Shown piece by piece: positions 27,903 to 40,897 of a DNA stretch of 64,000 nt (the first letter of the stretch is position 1; every line of letters starts with the position of its first letter). Under the pieces are notes generated by a model that was not told the DNA's origin, searched no databases, and saw only the letters and a list, made by a program, of their open reading frames with translations. Source of the stretch: Mizuhopecten yessoensis (taxonomy: Eukaryota); assembly GCF_002113885.1 (NCBI RefSeq), contig NW_018480078.1:1856607-1920606 (forward strand), given 5' to 3'. The translations under genes were made by a program, and so were the position numbers.

Positions 27903-28883
27903 GTAAGTAGGGATTTGGACGGGAGTAATTCATCGCCTAAAGTTGAATACGTCACGCATATGTACCAGACAGTGTCGGAACAAACCGACCGGGAAGCAAA
28001 CATAAGTCATGTCAGCTTAGAAAACCGATACTTATTTCCGAATATTATTTTTTTCAACATTTTGTTTTGTTTTTTTTTTTAATTGAAAATCGTTATCACG
28101 TTAATATTTTGTGTCCAACTGTTAAATACTAAATTGTTTGGTTTAAAACGTCGGTGTTATCCATTTTAAAATATGTATTGGTTAAACATTTTGTTAAGCT
28201 TACAATACCTGAATATTTAGGTCCTGGTATAGGTAGTAAACCTGTATTTATCACCTGTACACACGTAACCCGGCAATACTTTTATCTATAATACCTACTT
28301 GGCGTAATCCCCCCCCNTACCCTCTCAGTAAGAAGATGATACATCCGCTTAACTACGTCACTCACTGTGAGGCACTGTTAATATACGTAGTAAAACCAGG
28401 CACCGGAAACACTCCCCCTTCTGGTCTGTTTTTGTAACACCTAGGGCGTACTCTTGTTTACTTTGTTTACATGGTTGAATTTCTTAAATTTGTACGGAAA
28501 CGTGTGTCATATATATAACCTAACATATCTTAAATACAGCATCGCGACATCACTAATCAGTTGATCTCAATTCAAATGTTGATAGTTGGGATTTTTTATT
28601 TGTATCAGGTGTTTTCATATCAAATGCAGGACACTCTAGTACCTAGGGTACACTTTCGATTTCTTTATTTGAAAGTTGTTGGTTTCACCTCCCGTAGAGA
28701 CATAGATGTGTGTGTATGCGTCATAAAAGTACGGACTGATGCACTCTGTATACCATAGGGGCATTGTTTCGTAATTCACCACGCTTTACTTACAAGTCAA
28801 GCTTATCCAACGAGAAGATACATAACGTCCAATTTTACAAACTTGATATCTTTATTCAAATACAAGATATCTGTGTATCTTAC

Positions 28884-29079
28884 CTGTAAGTGTGATATCA
28901 TTTGGAGTTTAATCTCAGTTATGTAGGTATAAGTTTGAATGTGTCAGTGATTCAACTTTTACCTCAGTTTGACATTAAGCTGACTATGCTTGAGTCCGGT
29001 AGCTGGTGGTGATGGGGCTTTGTAGGAAACAAAACAAGAGGGAGCAGTCCCTCCTGTGTGGTAGAGTTCATGATTTATA
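28884..29079 (-). promoter_or_regulatory. candidate TATA promoter plus first exon, or a 55-nt internal exon (28963-29017)
   Basis: TATAAA at 29079-29074 (minus); donors GAG|GTAAAA (exon end 28963) and CAG|GTAAGA (exon end 28884); pyrimidine tract CTCTTGTTTTGTTTCCTACAAAG ending at 29018. Confidence 0.3.
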
Positions 29080-29679
29080 CTTTGGTGCGACCAAGTTTTA
29101 ATTAATGTCACTTTAGTGAAATAAAACTCATTATTTTTCTATTATTATAAGCAAATCGATTGTGTATATAGTGAAGTACAAAGAAAAGAAACGTTTTTAC
29201 CTATTTAGGAGAAAAAAAACAATTATAATTAATGTTTTTCATGTCGGGAAACAAACAGAAATGACAATGAAATAATGCTAATGACGTAATTCTGTCGATT
29301 TTTTTCACGTTAAATGTAAAAAATGTAGGCATGTATGTTTTTAATGCCCGGTTTTTGCATATTTTAAGCCATTCCTATTTTAACAAACACCATTAATCAT
29401 AAAAACCCGAGTGTAAACCCCACAGATCCGGATATATGAGCTAAACATCCTAGTCTACATATGTTGTTTCCCCGAAAGTCCAAATAAATTGGAGAAATAA
29501 TATGTCAGTGTAACATTTTGTGACAACAGAGAAACTATACCATCAATGCATTGTGTGTTATGGGTTATTTGCCGAGTTTAACACGCTACTCTCTTTCAGT
29601 GTTGACTGTGATGAATTTTCTGTTATGTGTCAGGTTTTTTTTTTCTCGCTGTCATATTTTCCTGTTATGCGTTAAGAGT

Positions 29680-29960
29680 TTTCTGTTGTTTTTCTGTTGT
29701 CTGTTAAGTGTTTTCTGTTGTCTGTTAAGTGTTTTCTGATGTCTGTTAAGTGTTTTCTGTTGTCTGTTAAGTGTTTGTTGTTGTCTGTTAAGTGTTTGCT
29801 GTTGTCTGTTAAGTGTTTTCTGATGTCTGTTACGTGTTTTCTGTTGTCTGTTAAGTGTTTTCTGTTGTCTGTTAAGTGTTTTTTCTGTTATCTGTTAAGT
29901 GTTTTCTGTTGTCTGTTAAGCGTTTTCTGTTGTCTGTTAAGATTTCTCTGTTGTCTGGGT
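29680..29960. repeat. 21-bp minisatellite (GTTTTCTGTTGTCTGTTAAGT)
   Basis: Directly visible; explains the SVKCFLL-repeat ORFs. Confidence 0.95.
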
Positions 29961-32939
29961 TTTTTTTATTTATTTTTTTGTCGGTTAAGAATTCGCAGTT
30001 TTCTATCAAGCGTTTCTATTGTCTGTAAGGATTTAATGCTTTCTTTGTTGACCTTTCTCTCTTGTCTTTGTTTTTTTAAGGATCTTTTTTATGTTTCGGT
30101 CCCATTGTCCACATGGTATTTTGAAAAGTTTCAATCGCTATAATATTCTTATGAAACAAAATAAAATTTTAAAACATCATTTAAATAAAGTTCAATTTCA
30201 AATTAAGCAATACCAGCATAGCTTCGTACACATTCACACGTGTGTGAATAAAAAGTAAAATGATAAACTAGTATATACTTGTTATACATATTTGTTTTTG
30301 TTAGAATATAGAAATACAAGGTGAATTGGTGCGCCAGAAAAGTGATCTAAAGTCATTTTGGAAATGAGACTTTTTAAAAAAAAGTTTTAGATTTAGTTGT
30401 ACAAAAGATGTTAATATCATCTAAAATTGAAGTATTTTGAAATATCCTTTGTCTAATACTCCATAAATAGAGAGCTTATTATGTTCAAGGTTTTCTCGTA
30501 CATAAATATGATGTACCGAACTTTTAAACATTGACTAACACCCCGCGTAGTAGTGGGAGTGGGTCTGAAATCAGACACGTGTGTCTTGCCGTACATCCGT
30601 GGGGGACCCGCACCTCTCAACCAAAAGTTTAAATCTGAGAGCAACGGGTACTAAAAACACCCAGCCAAGTACAGACTTTGTTTTCCGAACTTTCAATAAG
30701 ACAATCACCTATCCAACTTTGTTCAGCTATTTTAACTTATTTCTTAACGCGGATTAATTTTCCCATACAAAATGCTTATCCGTGCGTATTAGACAAGGGT
30801 AGTAAGTCTTTAGTAACGTAGAATGGGAACACATACAACCGGTATGATTTAGTAAACAAACTTATGTGAACTTGTAATGAACCTCGCCTGATCAAATTAA
30901 TATAATTGTTTTGTTATATAAAGGATAAGTCTCCAAATTCCAGACGTTACAAGTTTCAGATTAGGACCCAATGGTTATAGCCTAGTTTAATACACAGGAA
31001 TGCACACATTAATAGCCCCCAAGGGCAACCACCTGTCGACACAGCTTGTTCTACGTATAAACCAGTAAAATCTCTACTTTGTAGTACACAAGCAATCCCC
31101 AAGCAGAGCGTTCGTAATTAAAATATCTCTCGGGTTTATACATAAAACATAAGGTCGATCTAGTTGCACACCTTATTATCCGAGATATATTCTCAGGTGT
31201 ACTGTTTCAAGGTTAATCAAGACAATAGGTACACCTGGATCAATGGGTACCAATGCTGGTACCATTAACGATAAACATACTAGCAAACTCGCTATAAAGG
31301 GCCATCAATTTTATACAATGAAGTAACTTTCACTTTTCTTTGTTAAATTTTATTAAATAAGCAGATTTAATTTGCGCATTAATTTTTTTTTTTTTACCGT
31401 GAATAAATTTTTGATTTGTTTAAGGAAGGTATTATGCCCTTCTTCAGTTTAAAAATACACTTAAGTTTTGTCGTTTATAGTGATGGCAGCAAACACTTCA
31501 AATTATTGCAATCTTAACACAATTACAATTACTTAAACTTGGAGGAGATCTTACAGTTGTTGCAAAAAAAAATATGAATGTTAGTTATAACAAATTTCTA
31601 AATGACAAGTCTTCGCTCTCAATACATTTATCTACTCCCCACAATATATGTATTTCGAGATTTGAATCGTTTGATTTATAAAACGAAGCGCACTCTTCAA
31701 GCTGTAGTGGTTAAATGGAACAAAAACATTTAAAGTAAAACTAAAACCATTACTATTTATAGTACCAAGGTCAACTTCAGCAGTGACTTTATTACGAGGA
31801 AACATAAGATTTTCATTCATATATTCGTATATATTTACAAAAACCTAATTCCCGATAGATACATTAAAGGGCTCATTCTCCTCCAACTTGTTCTATTATT
31901 AATGGTTTTTATGGGATTGTAACTTGCACTAAATAACACGACTTCGAGTTGTAATGGCACTAATTTCATGTGGGAAGTTGAAGTATCTTGTGTGTAGTAT
32001 AAAATGCAGACATACAACGACATAAAATGTCGCAGTGCTATTTGCTAACATTTCCCATTTACTTTATTGCCATACAGAGTGACAGCAGGGAAGTGGATGT
32101 TGAGTGTATAGTCTGTACACTGTAAGATACGGAGCTTCACTACTGCGCCTTGATATTGATCTGGTCGGTGACAACTGCATTCGGTACATAATCTTCAATA
32201 AACAAAAACAATGACTATCATGTTGATTGCGTTTCGTTTGAAATCTTTGAACAGAATCGTCACGTCAGTATTAACCAGAAGTTTTAAATTAGTACAAACT
32301 CAACTGAAAGCCGACCAGGTAGTTGGGTACGAATCATCACTGTTAGAAAGGAAAAGAGCACATTTACTGTAATACACGGACTGTGTGTAGATATTTTGAG
32401 AAAGTAAACATATACAGAAAACTGTTCACAATTTCTCCCTTCCTCCTGAAGAGAATAATAAACAAAAATGCTCGAGACTACAATTTTCATTGTTAAAAAA
32501 GCATTTATTATATAATACATACCGTACCAGAACACAATATATGTCTACCTACCCACATATCGTTGTGGGGAAATATTTATACATGTAATAAACTAAACTT
32601 CGTTTAATTATTTTTTGTTTGTTTCCTATTATGTTCCTGGTGTACGTGTTTGTATATAAATCTAATCATTACCAGGTATTATCACGGTGTTAACTTTTAG
32701 GTTATATGGTCGTATAATGATGATACGGACAAGTGATATGTTGTCACAAGACCTGGACACTCGTTTACGTCACGTTTAGTTCAGGTTCAAAAGTATATCG
32801 AACGTTCTCAAAGAAGTGGTCCATAAACCTGAATTTTGCACTCTGTGCACGTAGAGTGTTTACTAGCATCCATCAATTAATACTCAAGGTAGTTCAGCAA
32901 ATATTTTTTCTTTTTCATTTTAAGTCTATGTTGCCCTAT

Positions 32940-35900
32940 ATTAGGCTTAATGTGGCATTGATCCGCTACCACTTTACATCAGACTTTGTACCTTGTACCA
33001 GGTTGTAGATGGCATTAATCCCCCATAACACTGTATTAAGATGTAGGTGGCATTGATCCCAATACAACCATGTATCATGCTGTATGTGGCAATGATCCTA
33101 CACTGCACTGTATCAGTCTGTATGTGGCAATGATCGCCCACGACACTATATCAGACTGTAGGTGGCAATGATCGCACACTACACTGTATCAGGCTATATG
33201 TGGCATGATCGCCCACTACACTGCATTGATCCCAATACAACCATGTATCATGCTGTATGTGGAAATGATCCTACACTGCACTGTATGAGTCTGTATGTGG
33301 CAATGATCTCCCACTACACTGTATCAGACTGTAGTTGGCAATGATCACCCACTACACTGCATCAGGCTATATGTGGCAATGATCACACACTACACTGTAT
33401 CAGGCTATATGTGGCATGATCGCCCACTACACTGTATCAGTCTGTATGGGGCAATGGTCTCCCACTACACTGTATCAGTCTGTACTACACTGTATCAGGC
33501 TGTAGGTGGCATGATCACCCACTACACTGTGTATCAGTCTGTATGTGGCATTATCGCCCACTACACTATATCAGGCTGTATGCGGCATGATCACCCACTA
33601 CACTGTACCAGTCTGTCTGTGGCAATGGTCTCCCACTACTCTGTATCAGACTGTAGGTGGCAATGCTCACCACTTACACTGTATCAGGCTTTATGTGGCA
33701 ATGGTCTCCCACTCCACTGTATCAGGCTGTATGTGGACTACACTGTATCAGACTGTAGGTGGCAATGATTACCCACTACACTGTATCAGTCTGTACTACA
33801 CTGTATCAGGCTGTATTTGGCAATGATCGCCCACTACACTGTATCAGTCTGTACTACACTGTATCAGGCTGTAGGTGGCATGATCGCCCACGACACTGTA
33901 TCAGTCTGTATGTGTCAATGGTCTCCCACTACACTGTATCAGTCTGTATGGGGCAATGGTCTCCCACTACACTGTGTCAGTCTGTATGTGGCAATGGTCT
34001 CCAACTACACTGTATCAGTCTGTATGGGGCAATGGTCTCCCACTACACTGTGTCAGTCTGTATGTGGCAATGGTCTCCCACTACACTGTATCAGACTGTA
34101 GGTGGCAATGATCACCCACTACACTGTATCAGGCTGTATGTGGCAATGGTCTCCCACTAAACTGTACCAGTCTGTATGTGGCAATGGTCACCCCCTGTAG
34201 GTGGCATTGATCCCAATACAACCAGGTATCATGCTGTATGTGGCAATGGTCACCCACTACACTGTATCAGGCAGTATGTGGCATGATCACCCACTACCCT
34301 GTATCAGTCTGTAGGTGGCAATGGTCACCCACTACACTGTATCAGGCTGCATGTGGCAATGATCACCCACTACACTGTGTCAGGCTGTATGTGGCATGAT
34401 CAACCACTTCACTGTATCAGGCTGTATGTGGCAAGGATCGCCCACTACACTGTATCAGTTTGTATGTGGCATGATTGCCCACTACACTGTATCAGGCTGT
34501 TTGTGGCAATGATCACCCACTACACTGTGTCAGGCTGTATGTGGCATGATCAACCACTTCACTGTATCAGGCTGTATGTGGCATTATCACCCACTACACT
34601 GTATCAGGTTGTATGTGGCAATGATCACCCACTACACTGTGTCAGGCTGTATGTGGCATGATCACCCGCTACTCTGTATCAGGCTGTATGTGGCATGTTC
34701 ACCCACTACACTGTATCAGGCTTTATGTGGCATGATCACCCACTACACGGTATCAGTCTGTATGTGGCATGATCTCCCACTACACTGTATCAGACTGTAG
34801 TTGGCAATGATCACCCACTACACTGTGTCAGGCTGTATGTGGCATGATCATCACCCACTACACTGTATCAGGCTGTAAGTGGCAATGATCACCCACTACA
34901 CTGTATCAGGTTGTATGTGGCAATGATCACCCACTACACTGTGTCAGGCTGTATGTGGCATGATCACACACTACACTGTATCAGGCTGTATTTGGCATGA
35001 TCGCCCACTACACTGTATCAGGCAGTATGTGGCATGATCCCCCGCTACCCTGTATCAGGCTGTATGTGGCATTATCACCCACTACACTGTATCAGTCTGT
35101 AGGTGGCAGGATCGCCCACTACACTGGATCAGTCTGTATGTGGCATGATCTCCCACTACACTGTATCAGTCTGCATGTGGCATGATCATCCACTACACTG
35201 TAGCAGTCTGTATGTGGCAATGGTCACCCACTACACTGTATCAGGCAGTATGGGGCATGATCACCCACTACACTGTGTATCAGTCTGTATGTGGCAATGT
35301 TCTCCCACTACACTGTACCAGTCTGTCTGTGGCAATGGTCTCCCACTACACTGTATCAGTCTGTATGTGGCAATGGTCACCCACTACACTGTATCAGGCA
35401 GTATGTGGCATGATCACCCACTACACTGTATCAGGCTGTAGGTGGCAATGTTCACCCACTACACTGTATCAGGCAGTATGTGGCATGATCCCCCACTACA
35501 CTGCATCAGGCTGTATGTGGCATGATCACCGCCTACACTCTATCAGTCTGCATGTGGCATGATCGCCCACTACACTGTATCAGTCTGGATGTGGCAATGA
35601 TCCTACACTGCACTGTATCAGTCTGTATGTATCATCCACTACACTGTATCAGTCTGTATGTGGCAATGCTCCTCTACAACCCAAATCAGCATGTAGTTGA
35701 CATAATTTCTCCTAAAGCCCTATCCCACTACACTGTATCAGGCTGTATGTGTCAATGATCCTACACTACACTGTATCAGTCTGTATGTGGCAATGGTCCC
35801 CCATTACACTGTATCAGGCAGTATGTGGCATGATCGCCCACTACACTGTATCAGGCAGTATGTGGCATGATCCCCCACTACACTGTATCAGTCTGTATGT

Positions 35901-37100
35901 GGCATGATCACCCACTACACTGTATCAGGCTGTATGTGCCATGATCACCCACTACTCTGTATCAGGCTGTATGTGGCAATGATCCTCCACTGCACTGTAT
36001 CAGTCTGTATGTGGCAATTATCGCCCACTACACTATATCAGACTGTAGTTGGCAATGATCGCACACTACACTGTATCAGGCTGTATGAGGCAATGATCAC
36101 CCACTACACTGTATCAGCCTGTATGTGGCATGATCACCCACTACACTGTATCAGTCTGCATGTGGCATGATCGCCCACTACACTGTATCAGGCTGTAGGT
36201 GGCAATGATCGCACACTACACTTTATCAGGCTGTATGTGGCAATGATCCTACACTACACTGTATCAGTCTGTATGTGGCAATGAACGCCCCATGCACTGT
36301 ATCAGGCTGTATGTGGCATGATCGCCCTGTATCAGGCTGTATGTGGCAATGATCGTCCACTACACTGTATCAGGCTGTATGTGCCATGATCACCCACTAC
36401 TCTGTATCAGGCTGTATGTGGCAATGATCCTACACTACACTGTATCAGTCTGTATGTTGCAATGGTCTCCCACTACACTGTATCAGTCTGTATGTGTCAA
36501 TGGTCTCCCACTACACTGTATCAGTCTGTATGTGGCAATGATCACCCACTACACTGACTGTATCAGGCTGTATGTGGCATGATCTCCCACTACACTGTAT
36601 CAGGCTGTATGTGCCATGATCACCCACTACTCTGTATCAGGCTGTATGTGGCATAATCGCCCACTACACTGTATCAGTCTGTATGTGTCAATGGTCTCCC
36701 ACTACACTGTATCAGTCTGTATGTGTCAATGGTCTCCCACTACACTGTATCAGGCAGTATGTGGCATGATCACCCACTACACTGTATATCGCCCACTACA
36801 CTGTATCAGTCTGTATGTGTCAATGGTCTCCCACTACACTGTATCAGTCTGTATGTGTCAATGGTCTCCCACTACACTGTATCAGGCTGTATGTGGCAAT
36901 GATCCTACACTGCACTGTATCAGTCTGTATGTGGCAATGATCGCCCACTACACTATATCAGACTGTAGGTGGCAATGATCGCACACTACACTGTATCAGA
37001 CTGTAGGTGGCAATGATCGCACACTACACTGTATCAGGCTGTATGTGGCAATGATCCTACACTGCACTGTATCAGTCTGTATGTGGCAATGCTCCTCTAC
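32940..37100. repeat. 37-38-bp satellite, subfamily A (GTATGTGGCAATGATCACCCACTACACTGTATCAGGCT), over 100 units
   Basis: Directly visible, about 4.1 kb; explains all ORFs from 33162 to 36978. Confidence 0.98.
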
Positions 37101-37990
37101 AACCCAAATCAGCATGTAGTTGACATAATTTCTCCTAAAGCCCTATATCAGCATGTAGTTGACATGGTTTCCCCTAAAACCCTATATCAGCATTTAGGTG
37201 GCATGCAATCTCTATAACCCTATATCAGTATATATGTAGGTTACATGAATTCTCTACAACCCTACATTAGTATGTAGGTGACATGAATTCTCTACAACCT
37301 TTCATCAGTATGTAGGTGGCATGAATTCTCTACAACCCTACATCAGTGTGTAGGTGGCATGAAGTCTCGACGACCCTACTTCAGTATGGAGGTGGCATGA
37401 ATTCTCTACAGCCCTACATCAGTATGGAGGTGACATGAATTCTCTACGACCCTTCATCAGTATGGAGGTGACAAGAATTCTCTACGACCCTTCATCAGTA
37501 TGGAGATGACATGAATTCTCTGCGACGCTACATCAGTATGGAGGTGACATGAATTCTCTAGGACGCTACATCAGTATGGAGGTGACATGAATTCTCTGCG
37601 ACGCTACATCAGTATGTAGGTGGCATGAAGTCTCGACGACCCTACATCAGTATGGAGGTGACATGAATTCTCTACAGCCCTACCTCAGTTTGTAGGTGGC
37701 ATGAAGTCTCTACGACGCTACATCAGTATGGAGGTGACATGAAGTCTCTACGACGCAACATCAGTATGTAGGTGACATGAATTCTCCACGACGCTACATC
37801 AGTATGTAGGTGACATGAATTCTCTACGACCCTACATCAGTATGAAGGTGACATGAAGTCTCTACGACGCTACATCAGTATGTAAGTGACATGAATTCTC
37901 GACAACCTTTTATCATTAATTGACTACAAAATGTATCAGGCTGTAGTCGGTATTAATCTTCATACCTACAGTGTTAGGCTAAGTGGCATT
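37100..37990. repeat. 38-bp satellite, subfamily B (GTATGGAGGTGACATGAATTCTCTACGACCCTACATCA)
   Basis: Period 38 (TCTCTACGAC at 37441 and 37479); shares the ATCAG..TGTA.GTGGCATGA frame with subfamily A. Confidence 0.95.
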
Positions 37991-38689
37991 CGTCCCCCTT
38001 GCAGCCATTAATCAGACTGCAGGTGGTATTGGTTCCTGCAAAGTCTACTTTGCATATAAATGTAATAATGAAACAAAAATGTTAATGTCCGTGGTGCATA
38101 TTTAATGAATTTTTACATAATAAACCAAATAATACCCAGTAACTATGCTGTTTCGCCTGATAATGGTGAAATATGTTAATTACACTGATCAAACCTCGAT
38201 AACAAGACTTGTTAATTAAATAGACGAGACAGGATGCGCTATCATGACTTAAATGTCTATTGTAATTAGACCCTATGGGGTAGATTGTTTCATGACCCCA
38301 TGTGTATTGACACGAAAATATCGCATGTTCCCTCACGAGACAGTATTTACTTCATATAGTTTACCTGTCAATTCATAAAATTTCATGTGTATTATAATCT
38401 ATCATAAATTATACAGACAATCAACAAAAACAATTCGAGGGCCAGCTCACCATGACAACGACCCACATATAGACAGCTAGGTATGTTATCAAGATTTAAA
38501 TTCCAAAGTTTAAAGTGTACATGTTGTGTACTGTTGTGTGCTATCCCCGTGTGCGATAATCCTTGTTCAAATAGCAAAGTGCATTACTATTTATATAAGG
38601 TATGGGGTGCGTTCGTATGCGGTCGTACAATGATGTACCAGGCTGTTCACAAAAGTACAGGCTTATCACAATACATCAAGTGAATAGTC

Positions 38690-38713
38690 AGTTGTTGTTG
38701 TTGTTGTTGTTGT
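38690..38713. repeat. (GTT)n microsatellite
   Basis: Directly visible. Confidence 0.9.
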
Positions 38714-39687
38714 ATATCGAAGGCACCTATGGTCGCCAAGATGATGAAGGAAAAGTACATGGACTGAATGAACTATTTAGAGAGATTGAATATATTGATA
38801 TCAGTTTGTTCAGCTTCAAATTGTATCAGTTTGTTTCAGATGAAATTATGACGGCGTGGTGCTGATGTTTCTGGATCCATTCTCTGTTTGGATCAAAGAA
38901 ATATCTGTTTACTAGTATTATATCAAACCAAATGAATTTAAACTTATATTAAAAAAATAAGCAAATTGTCATTTGAAAAACTACGAAAAACAAAACAAGC
39001 ACTGGCAAATAAGTGCAATTATTTAACTTAACGTTGTCCTTAGTGACATGACGAATATTTGACATCACACCTGATGAATTTCAACCGAGCTAAACCATAG
39101 GTGACGATGAAATCCAAATGTCCAATGACATGACGGAAAACAAAACCCTGCAATCATCAATATGTTAATATTGGTTAAGAAATGTCACAAGTAGCCAACA
39201 TGCGGCCTTTTACTGCTCTTTTGTTATCAGTACATGTCGTATTTATTCTTATGTCAATGTTCAAATAGAAAAATAAAACACTGTCCTTTACCCATTCCTT
39301 ATTATGGATAACACAAATTCGTGCATACCGAATTCCTAGTCGTTCTCGTTGTACCCGAACGCACGGTTGCTGACGCCACGCGTGTATATGCACGAGAGAA
39401 CACCGCCTATCTGTTCAGGTGATCTGTTTTAGGTAATTAACTTTCAATTGATGTCAGATACAAAGCATGGTTAATCAGTAAATATGTCATCCTTTTTGTT
39501 GACAGTCGGATCGGTGAACTGTAGTGATACAGATACAACAGGGACGTCCCCGATGAAACGCCTTATTAGTCAGTGTCGTTTCGTGTCCTACATATTAGAT
39601 AAGACAACGGTTCATTTGCATTGTTTACAACAGCATTGTTTACAACAAAAGCCTTTATTACGATGGCCGATAGCAGCCGACACAAAA

Positions 39688-39822
39688 CAACTACAATATA
39701 AGACATTTATGTACATGTACACTTTTTAAAAACTGTACATGTACACAATACAACTACAATATTGGACATTTGTGTACATGTACACTTTTTAAAAACTGTA
39801 CATGTACACAATACAACTACAA
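39688..39822. repeat. 63-bp tandem repeat running into the gap
   Basis: CAACTACAA at 39688, 39751 and 39814. Confidence 0.9.
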
Positions 39823-40728
39823 NNNNNNNNNNNNNNNNNNNNNNNNNNNNNNNNNNNNNNNNNNNNNNNNNNNNNNNNNNNNNNNNNNNNNNNNNNNNNN
39901 NNNNNNNNNNNNNNNNNNNNNNNNNNNNNNNNNNNNNNNNNNNNNNNNNNNNNNNNNNNNNNNNNNNNNNNNNNNNNNNNNNNNNNNNNNNNNNNNNNNN
40001 NNNNNNNNNNNNNNNNNNNNNNNNNNNNNNNNNNNNNNNNNNNNNNNNNNNNNNNNNNNNNNNNNNNNNNNNNNNNNNNNNNNNNNNNNNNNNNNNNNNN
40101 NNNNNNNNNNNNNNNNNNNNNNNNNNNNNNNNNNNNNNNNNNNNNNNNNNNNNNNNNNNNNNNNNNNNNNNNNNNNNNNNNNNNNNNNNNNNNNNNNNNN
40201 NNNNNNNNNNNNNNNNNNNNNNNNNNNNNNNNNNNNNNNNNNNNNNNNNNNNNNNNNNNNNNNNNNNNNNNNNNNNNNNNNNNNNNNNNNNNNNNNNNNN
40301 NNNNNNNNNNNNNNNNNNNNNNNNNNNNNNNNNNNNNNNNNNNNNNNNNNNNNNNNNNNNNNNNNNNNNNNNNNNNNNNNNNNNNNNNNNNNNNNNNNNN
40401 NNNNNNNNNNNNNNNNNNNNNNNNNNNNNNNNNNNNNNNNNNNNNNNNNNNNNNNNNNNNNNNNNNNNNNNNNNNNNNNNNNNNNNNNNNNNNNNNNNNN
40501 NNNNNNNNNNNNNNNNNNNNNNNNNNNNNNNNNNNNNNNNNNNNNNNNNNNNNNNNNNNNNNNNNNNNNNNNNNNNNNNNNNNNNNNNNNNNNNNNNNNN
40601 NNNNNNNNNNNNNNNNNNNNNNNNNNNNNNNNNNNNNNNNNNNNNNNNNNNNNNNNNNNNNNNNNNNNNNNNNNNNNNNNNNNNNNNNNNNNNNNNNNNN
40701 NNNNNNNNNNNNNNNNNNNNNNNNNNNN
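39823..40728. other. assembly gap (906 N)
   Basis: Run of N. Confidence 1.
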
Positions 40729-40752
40729 TAAGGGCTCTTCAGGTTTATTCCT

Positions 40753-40792
40753 GAACCTGAAGAGCCCTGTGAAGGGTGAAAGCAGCTAGTTT
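40753..40792 (+). ncRNA. minimal type I hammerhead ribozyme motif (Penelope-like element terminal repeat type)
   Basis: GAAC-CTGAAGA-GCCCT-GTGA-AGGGT-GAAA-GCAGC-TA|GTTT: CUGANGA core, 5-bp stem II closed by a GNRA loop, GAAA, very short near-palindromic stem III, CUA cleavage triplet and 4-bp stem I. Confidence 0.7.
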
Positions 40793-40858
40793 TTTAGTCG
40801 GTCGTTAATTATATTTTTTCTATATTTACTTCCTTCACATGGACATTTAATCACTTTT

Positions 40859-40861
<3 letters not shown>

Positions 40862-40894
<33 letters not shown>
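40862..40894. repeat. (TA)n microsatellite
   Basis: Directly visible. Confidence 0.95.

Positions 40895-40897
<3 letters not shown>

Noticed and set aside
29551-30143. Hydrophobic ORFs here, and those at 5014-5456, 21514-21855 and 63114-63635
   Set aside because: Derived from minisatellites or low-complexity sequence.
32940-37990. Many overlapping Cys/His-rich ORFs (33162-36978)
   Set aside because: They are translations of a 37-38-bp satellite; the unit is not a multiple of 3, so frames shift constantly.
39762-40789. ORFs of 309-339 aa
   Set aside because: Artefacts of reading through N bases.
40731-40790. Helitron 3' end (hairpin followed by CTAG-T)
   Set aside because: Not excluded but disfavoured: the hammerhead model explains every conserved core nucleotide, stem II with its GNRA loop, and stem I.
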